A stretch of 64,000 nt of DNA from Octopus sinensis (Eukaryota). Each line of letters opens with the position of its first letter. The stretch's first letter is position 1. The translations under genes were made by a program, and so were the position numbers. The notes beneath the pieces are model-generated. The model was not told the DNA's origin, made no database searches, and saw only the letters and a list, made by a program, of their open reading frames with translations. The stretch covers positions 12,710,001 to 12,774,000 of the forward strand of contig NC_043014.1 in assembly GCF_006345805.1 (NCBI RefSeq). Reading direction: 5' to 3'. Of the stretch, positions 1-10,041 are shown in pieces.

Positions 1-2470
1 GCTTTGTATGAGGATTACCATGAAAATATCATATCTAATGATAATTCATATGACGACTTCATAAAAAATCTATCTCCTGGCAACCACAGTGATGACTATT
101 ATGAAGTATTACCCAATACAATCTACATTGATGACCACAAGAAGGTTTTATCTTCTGATTACACTCAATCCTTGTCTGAAGACTATTATAAAAGCACATG
201 TACTGAGAATGAGGAGTACTACAAAAGACATGATTTAATAGAAGATATTGGATCCAGAGATTACACCAGAACTGTTTATGACAGTTACAACAATTATTCC
301 TCAAATGTTGTATCACCAGATAACTCATACTCTCTGAATGACAACTGTCCAGGCCATGCTGTATCTTCAAACAAAAACCAAAGGTATTCTGTCGATGAAT
401 ACAAAACTATCATATCTTCAGACGATGGACGTTCTTTCTGCTCAGATACCAGGCCATTTGTTAAAAAGCGGTCGTACTCCAACAGTAACCAGAATTACAT
501 ATCACCAGATACTGTACAGAATCGGTACACAGATTCTCAGAGAAATATGGCTTCCTCAGTTGGTAGTCCAACTTCAAATGTAGAACTACAAGAAAATGTA
601 ACATCTCTAATAGACAGTCAAGATTTCCCTGTTGATTACACTGAAGATAGCGGGTTACAAAATGAAAGAATTTTCACAAGGTCTCCCAAACCATTCCCAT
701 TGGATATTTCCAGTAAATATAGTCCAATAGAAAAAGATGAAAAAGTTTCAAGTTCATTTATTGATCACTCTGAAAGGACCAATGTGGTGTTCAATCCTTT
801 AAATGGAAGAGAATCAATCTCTAGCATTCAAATACCAATTCAAATAAAACCACGCAAGAATGTTCAGAGAATTTTCCTAATGTTTATAGAATTGACAGTG
901 ATAACCAGAGGAATAACAATGACAACACAAAAATGAGATATGTAAAACCTCCAAAATTTTTGAGCTGTGGAAAATCTCACATGAATGGTGAAGAGACAGT
1001 GGTAGTTAATGAGGATTATCAGAATATGATTAGTCCTGTATTTGCAGGACAATTTAATTTTGATGACGGGGAAATACAACAATCTGTCAATAGTGTTAAT
1101 GAAATCTTCACACTTCCTTATAAGATTTCAGAAAACTATCTCCAAGACGATAGCCTAGATGGACACATGAATCCTTTACTGGCATCCTCACCATTATCAC
1201 CAAGATTCCCGAGGCATGAGATGTCTGACAGATTTAACAGAGTGAAAAGCAATGTTCAAAAGGAAAATAATCCTTTAAAACAGGAAGGAACGGGTTGTAG
1301 ATGATGTCTTCTATTTGGATTCTCCTGATAATAGAACAAGCTCTAGAGCTTTACCATCTAGAAGTAGTTTTTGTACATTTTCAGAGAATCCTTCTCATGA
1401 CTACGATAAAAGGAAATCAAAGCAGGAACATCAACAGACCAAAAGAGCCACCAGTTGGAGTTCAAATGGTGATTTACATGATGTCTCTGACAACTTGTTT
1501 CAAAATAACAGAACAAAACCTAATTATTTCTACTTCAGTCAGCAACAATCTCCACTTCATTACGAAGATATCGAGGAAAGTTTTCCCTTTTCAGCTGGTT
1601 CACCAAAGGTTAATTCTGACTACTACTACACCTTGGACCCTCTTGCTGCGAGTACTTCAGAAGGAATGTTGAAATACAGTGAAAAAATATAAAGAAAATA
1701 CTAATAAGCAATACAGTCGAAGGCACTCAAGTTTAGTAACTGATGAATCTGGATTTGTAGATGGTAGTAATTTCTCTGCTGCTTCTGGTTCTGCTGACTA
1801 TCACCAAAACATTGAAAAAATCTCAATGCTTTCGTTTTCTAACTCTGAAGAATATGAATTTAATAATGTAGAGGTCTTTCCAGCTTATGTTGATAATTAT
1901 GAAAACTATGTGAATAGTCCTGGTATTAATGTTTCAGTTGATCCTAGGAAAAAGACAAAAAGGGTTTCTTTCAGTTGTAGCAAAGAGACAGGGTTTGAAA
2001 ACTATGCCAACATTGATGATTTCAATGATATTTCTAGAACATCTAATGATGATAGTTTCACAAGAGAAAAAGCATTTTCATATCTCTCTGTGAGATCTCC
2101 AAGATCTTTTACAGGAAATACAAACTGTGAGAGAATTCCAAGAAAGAAAGAAAATAATTCCAAAGCTGACCTGTATATGAATTCAGAAGAAGCAGCCAAT
2201 TACATAAATTCTTTAAGTATTAATTCCAGCAGAGCTTCTGATGAAAGCGAGTGTAATTTGTCAGCCAAAGAAAATGCCATGGAAATATCTGCAGTAGACA
2301 GAGGTTTCCGAAAACTCTCAGAAGCTTTAGAAAATACTTTGAGAAAGCCTCCATCTAAAATAACTTTTGCATCAGACCGCATGAAAAAAAAATTTTGTAA
2401 GTTTTTAAATGAATATTTTGCAAATAAAGAAAAAACATTGATGGGACTCATAGCTAGCTTGGATGGTTGA
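1..2470 (+). CDS. 3' part of a long low-complexity (S/D/N/Y-rich) coding exon of an unidentified gene; three apparent frameshifts; starts before the window
   Basis: ORFs 4-936, 933-1304, 1315-1692 and 1679-2470 have the same composition. They join into one ~820-aa frame by adding one A in the run at 846-849, removing one G at ~1292-1294 and removing one A at 1682-1687. Stop TGA at 2468-2470. No recognisable domain. Confidence 0.75.
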
Positions 2471-2479
2471 AAAAGCAGT

Positions 2480-2703
2480 TTAACACTTTAGCATTTAAAC
2501 TGGTCATATCCAGCCAAAATATTCTAGCTGTTTTATGTTCAAACTGGGCAGATCCAACCTCTTACACTTGTGCTGCAATGTCATTCTAAAAATAAAACAA
2601 TCGCATCGTTGAAATCTCAAAGCTATGAGATAAGCCAATTGATCCACAATGATGTGAATAAATAAACATTACATTTGACTGAGAAATTTGAATGTTCAGT
2701 TAA
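2480..2703 (-). mobile_element. piggyBac-type TTAA MITE (same family as 30637-30865), degenerate, just downstream of the stop codon
   Basis: Begins TTAACACTTTAGCATTTAAACTGG and ends ...TGAATGTTCAGTTAA; the body is the reverse complement of the 30641-30861 element. Confidence 0.75.
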
Positions 2704-3215
2704 AAAAAAAAGACATTTAACTTTCAATTGTCTAATCTACGAAACTGTAAATTGGTACGATGGTAAGATAAAGGTCATTGTCATAAGCAGCCAAAATATG
2801 GACAGCTTTTGACTTTTTCTTCTATCCAAAAGGGGTTTTCAGCCCAATAGTTACATGTTGTTGTTTATAGTTTTGTGTGACATGGTACATGCCATAGAAC
2901 AGGTGATAATTTCAGTGAATGACTGTCACGTTTTGATTTCAATTGTCTGTCGAGTTACTTCACATGGTTGCTAAATTTGCCTCAACCCATCTGAAATGAA
3001 ACTAGGAAATGAGGAGTGTTAGGAAGATGAGCTGTAATGTATATGTCTATATATCTATGTATGTAACTTCTTTTTTTTTTGTACAAGGCACTTCCTTAAT
3101 TTGCTAGAAATAGTAACTGAATTCTCTCTGAATCATATTCTACCATCTTTAAAGTGCTTTATACACACTTTTGACAACTTGTGGTGCACCTGAGCACTGT
3201 ATACAATAATTTCAT

Positions 3216-3224
<9 letters not shown>

Positions 3225-3246
<22 letters not shown>

Positions 3247-3625
3247 GAGTGAGAGAGTAGTGCATGCCATCAAAGTGACACTGGGGTAAAATATACGAAG
3301 CTCAGTATACCCATCATGACTACCTGTCTGATAAGGGTACACTAGGCACATGCATCACAACCATGTGTGCGACATGGTGATCTCAAATCTAGATTAACAG
3401 AGCAGGTGGGGCCCAGTTCGAATTTTCTTCGGGTTGAGTAGCCCATCCCACAAAAAGGTCCCTGAATAAGGATTGTTTGAGAATATTGAATGAACCATCC
3501 ATGTTTCCAAAGGTGAATTATCCAAACCTCTTAGAATTCCTTTCAATACACGGCTATGATGCTCCACCACTACTTCTGCTCATGATGAGAGATGCACATA
3601 TCATCAGCCACTAAGGGACTATTTT
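3225..3625 (-). mobile_element. Interspersed retroposon with (AAT)n 3' tail (family F); other copies at ~27060-27435 and a fragment at ~28725-28870
   Basis: ~400 bp alignable between 3245-3620 and 27070-27430, both starting from an (ATT)n run. Confidence 0.7.
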
Positions 3626-4089
3626 CATTATTATTATTATTAAAGTGGAAGGACACACCTGAACAATGTAGTTCAAAGTAAAAAAAAAAAACTGGATGGT
3701 CATACCTGGAACCGTTGGCTCACTGGACAAAATACTTAGCAGCATTTGTCTGTCTTTACATTCTGAGTTCAAATTCTGCCGAGGCCAATTTTGCCTTCAT
3801 CCTTTTGGGGTCAATAAAATATGTACCAGTTGAGTACTGGGGTCAATGTAATTGACTTTAACCCCTCTCCAAAATTGCTGTCCTTGCACCAAAATTTAAA
3901 ACCATTATTTATAATTTTTCTGTGGTGTGCTTTGAGAACCAATGTTACAAAAAAATTATTATTTCATATTCTCTTAAAAGTTTATAAAATTCTTATGACA
4001 TCAACAACCATAAATTGTGAACCTTTAATGCAGACATGAAAGCCTTTCTTGGAAAAGCTTAGAAAAGGCCCTGCCAGTTGGCATTGGCT

Positions 4090-4222
4090 ACCGTTCCTTC
4101 ATGAAGTTGTTTGTGGTATATTAACATGTGGCACCTTGGGCAAGTGTCTTCTACTATAGCCTCAGGCAGACCAAAGCCTTGTGAGTGGATTTGGTAGACG
4201 GAAACTGAAAGAAGCCGTCGTA

Positions 4223-4266
<44 letters not shown>

Positions 4267-4480
4267 TGTGTGTGTCTGTGTTTGTCCCCCTAGCATTGCT
4301 TGACAAACGATGCTGGTGTGTTTATGTCCCCGTTACTTAGCGGTTCGGCAAAAGAGACCGATAGAATAAGTACTGGGCTTACAAAAGAATAAGTCCTGGG
4401 GTCGAGTTGCTCGATTAAAGGTGGTGCTCCAGCATGGCCGCAATCAAATGACTGAATCAAGTAAAAGAGTAAAAGAGAGT
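4090..4480 (+). mobile_element. tRNA-derived SINE family A, 5'-truncated copy
   Basis: Matches the family A body (GGCACCTTGGGCAAGTGTCTTC...), internal (TA)n and 3' GTAAAAGA repeats. Confidence 0.85.
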
Positions 4481-5216
4481 ATGTTATTATCTGGTTATTG
4501 CTGTTGTTTATCTACATATTGGACTTTCCAGGAATGACCATCCAGTTTTTTTTTCATTTTTAACCAGGTTGTCTAAATGTCTCCTTCCACTTAAAAATAC
4601 TAGAATATGATTCAATGGAAATTCCTTTATTATTTCTAGAAAATTCGGGAAGTATCTTATGCTAATAAGAATAATTTTCCTAATACCCCTCGTTTCCTAG
4701 TTACATTTCAAATATGGAGAGGCAAATTTAGCAATCGTAGGACATAGCTGAATGAAAAAGTATGACCTGGGTCTTTTGCAACTGGAAGCCTAAAAATGTC
4801 ACATCCAGTTGTAAAATTCCAGGACAAAATTCATGGATGTAAAACACAGCTGGAGGAGACAGAACAAGAGAACACTGAAAACAAGGCTGGTTATTGCGGT
4901 TATCGGAGTTATGTCCCCTGTATTGGTCCCATTTAGCCAGTTACATACAGTATGCTAGTTTTTTTGTGATATTTGAAGAGAAGACACGATGGAGACGGGG
5001 ATAGAAAGCTGGGTGGGGGATCGGTTGCAGAGGAGTGGGAAAGAAGAGAGGCAGGGAATGGTTATTTTTTTTTTGTAAAATGGGTGATCGTGTATATGCA
5101 TACGTATGTGTTTTATATGGCTAACGTACGTCTTCTATACTGGAATCACATTAGTTTCAACTCATGGTCTTAGATCGAATCACTTGCCTGGCAAATACAC
5201 TTCCGATATATGTATG

Positions 5217-5290
<74 letters not shown>

Positions 5291-5318
5291 CTTTATTTTA
5301 AGCAGCAGAAAATTCAAC

Positions 5319-5366
5319 AAAATCTGTTACTCTGAGTTTCTCGTTGCCGTTCATCAGACAGTTTTG
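5319..5366 (-). ncRNA. Type I hammerhead ribozyme motif (inverted copy of 5407-5453)
   Basis: Reverse complement reads CTGT-CTGATGA-ACGGCAACGA-GAAA-CTCAGAG-TA-ACAGATTTT. Confidence 0.6.
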
Positions 5367-5406
5367 CCTTTCCTCCTTTTGGGTCAATAAAATATGTACC
5401 AGAGCA

Positions 5407-5453
5407 AAAACTGTCTGATGAACGGCAACGAGAAACTCAGAGTAACAGATTTT
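5407..5453 (+). ncRNA. Minimal type I hammerhead ribozyme motif in a Penelope-like terminal repeat
   Basis: Stem I AAAACTGT/ACAGATTTT; core CTGATGA 5415-5421; minimal stem II CG-GCAA-CG; GAAA 5432-5435; near-palindromic stem III ACTCAGAGT; cleavage triplet GTA 5442-5444. Confidence 0.65.
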
Positions 5454-5669
5454 GTTGAATTTTCTGCTGCTTAAAATAAAGCATATTACTCTATCACTGG
5501 TATTTGAGTACTCTTTTTTCCACCTTGTTTCACATTTATGTGTTTACTCCGGTATATATATATATATATATATATATAAGGAAGAGTTTACGAAAAAAAC
5601 AAAAGACTAAGACAGGTGGTGTGTAGAAAACAAACAGATGTATTAGTATAACGCTCAGGAATAGAAAAA

Positions 5670-5706
5670 GTTTTACGTTTCGAGCCTACGCTCTTCTACA
5701 GAAGGG
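5670..5706 (-). ncRNA. Degenerate hammerhead-like motif in a second Penelope-like terminal repeat fragment (~5580-5735)
   Basis: Minus strand CTGTAGA-A-GAGC-GTAG-GCTC-GAAA-CG-TA: 4-bp stem II and palindromic ACGT stem III, but core A6 is T and stem I is weak. Confidence 0.4.
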
Positions 5707-5744
5707 ACACAGAAAGAAACAAGGAGAGAAGAGAATATATATAT

Positions 5745-5775
<31 letters not shown>

Positions 5776-5892
5776 TATAATATATATATATATATATATA
5801 AATGGAGGTGTGTATGGGGGCGGGGGAATATTGAACACCCCACTCCTTGTCATTTCTGGCAAAGGAAACACAATGGAGGAAAAGCCGACTTT

Positions 5893-6266
5893 TATATTGT
5901 GTTGAGTCAAAAGGTTTGCAATAATTTAGTAACTTATTTGCTTTATTCATCAAGTACAACAAAAAGCAGCCGAGCATTCAAAGTGGTGGCCATCGTGTTG
6001 CACCATCTGAAGCCACTTCTCTACCAGTTCTTGTCCCTGAGGTAAAGTACTCCTTCACTTAAACTTCCACTTCCTCTTGGTTGATGAAGTGTTGCAAGCA
6101 CAGGAAGTGAGCCATAGATTGGAGCAAGTAATAATCCAAGGGAGATATTTTTCTGCAATTCCCATATGCAAAAGCAGTGGTTAAGCAAAGGCCACCTTCC
6201 AGAGCCTGTTGCCAAACTCAAACATCTGGAATTATGATGGGGTAACTCACTACAAGCACTTTCTGG
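5893..6266 (-). mobile_element. mariner (DD34D) transposase 3' remnant with right terminal repeat
   Basis: Minus strand gives ...DYYLLQSMAHFLCLQHFINQEEVE...KWLQMVQHDGHHFEC; the 3' UTR/TIR aligns with the + copy at 7080-7163. Confidence 0.75.
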
Positions 6267-6269
6267 ACA

Positions 6270-6678
6270 GGCGCAGGAGTGGCTGTGTGGTAAGTAGCTT
6301 GTTTACCAACCACATGGTTCTGGGTTCAGTCCCACTGTGTGACACCTTGGGCAAGTGTCTTCTACTATAGCCTCAGGCCGACCAAAGCCTTGTGAGTGGA
6401 TTTGGTAGACAGAAACTGAAAGAAGCCCGTCGTATATATATATATATATATATGCGTGTGTGTGTCTGTGTTTGTCCCCCCTAGCATTGCTTGAAAAACG
6501 ATGCGTGTGTGTTTATGTCCCCGTTACTTAGCGGTTCGGCAAAAGAGATGATAGAATAAGTACTGGGCTTACTTATACATGCTTAAGAATAAGTCCCGGG
6601 GTCAAGTTACTCGATTAAAGGCAGTGCTCCAGCATGGCCGCAGTCAAATGACTGAAACAAGTAAAAGAGTAAAAGAGT
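6270..6678 (+). mobile_element. tRNA-derived SINE family A, full length
   Basis: Head GGCGCAGGAGTGGCTGTGTGG (A box), GGTTCAGTCCC (B box), internal (TA)n/(TG)n, tail GTAAAAGAGT. Other copies (approx.): 8637-9042(-), 14583-14975(-), 18243-18637, 19215-19600, 21358-21757(-), 25650-25960, 39761-40143(-), 44660-45030(-), 45465-45945, 48483-48871(-), 54600-54990, 55213-55635, 58457-58865, 63480-64000. Confidence 0.9.
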
Positions 6679-7163
6679 CAAACTATTGATGCCAACCTGT
6701 ACTCTGAACAGCTGGAGCAGATGTATGCCATGTGTGTGCCAAAAATACCCAGCATTGGTTAACAGAAAGCAAGCTCTTATCCATCAAGACAGCTCAAGAC
6801 CACATGCTGCTCAAACAACCCAGATTAAACTCCAGGAACTTGAGGGAATTCAAAGTGATACCACACCCAGTATATAGTTTGGACCTAGGTCTCTCGGATT
6901 ATTACTTGTTCTGATCCATGGCTACTTTCCTGCTCTTGTGATGTTTCATCAACCAAGAGGAGGGTGGCAGCTTCAGTGAAGGAATTCTTACTTCGAATGA
7001 CAAGAACTGGTACCAGCCTGGAATCAAAGAACTGGCAGAAAGGTGGCTTCAGACAGTGCAACACAATGGCCTCTATTTTGAATGCTAGGCTGCTTTTGTA
7101 GTAACTTGACAAACAAAGCAAATAAATTACCAAAATATTGCAAAACTTTTGACTCAGGATATG
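6679..7163 (+). mobile_element. mariner (DD34D) transposase C-terminal remnant with right terminal repeat
   Basis: Frameshifted translation KYPALVNRKQALIHQDSSRPH...PHPVYSLDLGLSDYYLF...KNWYQPGIKELAERWLQTVQHNGLYFEC resembles the mariner HDNARPH and YSPDLAPSDY motifs. Confidence 0.85.
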
Positions 7164-7199
7164 CTCAACCATCAGGCTAATACGTGCTTGTATTCATGA

Positions 7200-7780
7200 A
7201 GGAAGAGGGAAAAGAAACCCAACATTGAAAGTCCAGGTAGATCTATGGGTGTATGGAGTTTTTCAATATGATTCTTTTCTCTGTTAAACATAATTTGCAC
7301 CTCTTACTACTGTTGACATAGGGTCCACATAGGTTTTCTAACAGGCTCCACTTGATATTACATTGTTCAGCATTTCTTTCAATACCCATACATTTCTCAT
7401 CAAACTACACTCATGGAGTGGTTGGCATTGGAAGGGCATCCAGCTGTAGAAACACTGCCAGATCAGACTGGGCCTGGTGCAGCCTCCTGGCCCCAGACCC
7501 CGGTCGAACCGTCCAACCCATGCTAGCATGGAAAGCGGATGTTAAATGATGATGATGACGATGTGTTGTGATCCTATGTTTTTCTAGGATATTAAACAAG
7601 GACTTGTAGTTATTGAACCTGGTCTTGAAGGAGCCTTCTGTTGTGCCCATATATTTTGTTACACTTGTTACCCCACTGCTGCCTTTAAATTAAGAAATTA
7701 AGAACTGGAAATGACAGGTCTGGACATCTGTATTTACAAGATGTCAACAGCTGTTTACAGCTACAGCACACTAAAGAATA
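7200..7780 (-). mobile_element. Penelope-like element GIY-YIG endonuclease remnant, interrupted by an RTE 3' tail (7394-7560)
   Basis: Minus strand YMGTTEGSFKTRFNNYKSLF (~7590-7655) and IKWSLLENLCGPYVNSSKRCKLCLTEKRIIL (~7265-7360) match the YIG segment and C-terminal CxLCLxEK motif of PLE endonucleases. Confidence 0.75.
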
Positions 7781-8199
7781 ATGAGTCATTTCAACTCTCT
7801 AGTATTGATTAGGTTATACTTTACTAAGGAGGTCCAATAAGCCCAAAACATGTCCAGAGGGTGTGACCATAGTGCTAAATATCAGACTCACTTCATCTGC
7901 ATTTCATTTTCCACTATCATATCATCGTTTTAACATACATTTTCCCATGCTCGCATGGTTGGATGGAATTTGTTGAGGCAGATTTTTATGGTTGGATGTT
8001 CTTTTTGTCATTGACCCCCCCTGTTGCCAAGTAGGGTTATATATTTCCCCATGACAAGATGTTTCATGGAAGACTGAAAACAACACTGCTTGCATGACAG
8101 TGACTCTCATTTACAACTATCATGCAATGCAATGTCAAGACAAGAATCAGTAACATACACACACAACCACGGTCATATACACAAATATATACATACATA

Positions 8200-8245
8200 G
8201 CGCAAGGATGACACGCAAATTCGTCGTGAAGCGTTCCATATTTTT
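8200..8245 (+). pseudogene. U6: 3' fragment of U6 snRNA (about nt 65-107) with a 3-nt duplication
   Basis: GCGCAAGGATGACACGCAAATTCG(TCG)TGAAGCGTTCCATATTTTT matches the conserved U6 3' end, including the terminal U-tract. Confidence 0.93.
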
Positions 8246-8628
8246 AAATCGATCATTGATAATTGCAGATGTGTTACCAGTGCCGGTGGCATGTAAGAGA
8301 ACCTTCCGTTTCACGACCGTTGCCAGCACCGCCCCGTTTCATGTCCGTTGCCAGCCTCGCCTGGCCCTTGTGCCAGTGGCACATAAAAAGCACCATCCGT
8401 TCGTGGCCGTTTGCCAGCTCTGTCTGGCACCTGTGCGGGTGGCACGTAAAAAGCACCCACTACACTCACGGAGTGGTTGGCGTTAGGAAGGGCATCCAGC
8501 CGTAGAAACACTGCCAGATTTGACTGGGCCTGATGAAGCCTTCTGGCTTCACAGACCCCAGTAGAACCGTCCAACCCATGCTAGCATGGAAAACGGACGC
8601 TAAACGACGATGATGATGATGATGATGA
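8246..8628 (+). mobile_element. RTE LINE 3' UTR (young, 5'-truncated) ending in (GAT)n
   Basis: Near-identical to 25015-25388 of the RTE element in this window. Shorter or older tails of this family: 7394-7560, 11325-11492, 14030-14418, 18770-18990, 19965-20193, 41745-41960(-), 45050-45215(-), 47405-47607, 51913-52062(-). Confidence 0.9.
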
Positions 8629-9439
8629 AATATATATTCTTTCACTTGTTGTCATTTGAGTGCAGCCATGCTGGAACACCACCTTAAAGGGTTTTAGTCA
8701 ATGAAATTGACCCCAGGACTTATTCTTTGTAAGCCTAGTACTTATTAATCAGTCTCTTTTTGCTGAACCACTAAGTTACAGGGACATAAACACATCAGCA
8801 TTGGTTGTCAAACAATGGCAGGAGGGGACACACACCACACACACACACATACATACATACATGCATACCTTCATACATACAGGGGGCATCTTTCACTTTC
8901 CGTCTACCAAACTCATTCACAAGGCTTTGGTCAGCCCAAGGTTATAATAGAAGACACTTGCCCAAGGTGCCACGCTGTGAGATTGAACAGGAACCATGTG
9001 ATTTGAAATTAAACTAATAACCACACAGCCACACCTACGCCTATTTTATTAATTTCAATCGTATTTTAGTGTTAGCTTTTCCCTTTTTTTTTCTTAGTAA
9101 TTTAGATGATACTGCCGAGGTCGACTTTGCTTTCCAGGGTCGAATAAATAAGTACCAGTTGATCATTTAGGTCGTTGTAATCAATTAACTCTCTACCCCC
9201 AAATTTCAGGTCTTGTACCTGAAGCAGTAATAGAATATGCCTCAACAAATTCCATCCAACCATGCGAGCATGGGAAAATGTATGTTAACAACAATGATGA
9301 TGATGATGAGTGGAAAATGAAAGGCAGGGTGAAGTGAGTCTGATATTTAGCACTATGGTTACACCTCTGGACATGTTTTGGACCTCCTTAGAAAAGTATT
9401 TCCCATCACTAACAATGTAATTTTAATAAATTAAAAAAT

Positions 9440-9669
9440 TTCCTAGAATACTACGTCATGTATTCTAGCGACTATTTTCGTTAAGCATCGATCTCTGGCT
9501 GTCATCACCACTGCTATAGATCTTCCTCCACTCCAGCTCCCTCTCTTGCTGTTGTTTATAGTAATGTGGAGAAGAGAAGAGGGCGAGTGGGAGATTTTTG
9601 GATAGTTGCTTCGTAGGAATAGTCGAAACAGCAAGCACCAATTAAACTTATAACACGCGACGCGTAAGT
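9440..9669 (+). promoter_or_regulatory. Candidate promoter / non-coding first exon of the USF3-like gene
   Basis: Repeat-free, locally CpG-rich segment; palindrome CTAGAATAC-TACGTCAT-GTATTCTAG at 9443-9468; consensus donor GTAAGT at 9664-9669. Confidence 0.4.
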
Positions 9670-10027
9670 AAATAAAAATACGTAATTTTTATGTGGTATT
9701 TGTCTTCCAATTTTTTTCCTGTCTCTCTCACGGCTTTTTCTTCGACTTTCCAAAGACATCTACTATTGGTTTCTTTCATTATATTTTAACTCGCCCCAAT
9801 TTAACCCAACATCGTGGCCTATAATAATTACCAATATTTGTGTCGGTAGTTGAATATATTCTCTTACATCAACAAAAATTATTCCCTTTTTTTTCTACTC
9901 ATAATTTTTAAAATAAATTTGTTGTGTTTTATTTTTCTAAAGTCACGGAGAAAATCCAATGTGTTAAATAATCTGAAATTGTTGATTATATAAATATTGA
10001 AGAAAAAGAAAAAATATTTCGTTTTGC

Positions 10028-10041
10028 ATGAAAAACGGTGT
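10028..10041 (+). CDS. USF3: Candidate start-codon exon end of the USF3-like gene (MKNG+GT)
   Basis: Acceptor TTTTTCTAAAG at 9932-9942, ATG at 10028, donor GTAAGG at 10042. Phase 2 matches the 18062 exon, giving MKNGVTTEQDQKRITHN. Speculative. Confidence 0.3.

Noticed and set aside
4890-5210. Possible further Penelope-like ORF end next to the (TA)n cluster
   Set aside because: Only a vague resemblance; no endonuclease or ribozyme motif could be confirmed.
6270-6340. tRNA gene calls at SINE heads
   Set aside because: A/B boxes are present, but the heads continue into SINE bodies and do not form a complete cloverleaf.
8530-8555. CTGATGA followed by a hairpin in RTE 3' tails (also ~25296)
   Set aside because: No GAAA after the stem and no stem III/UH, so it is not a hammerhead.
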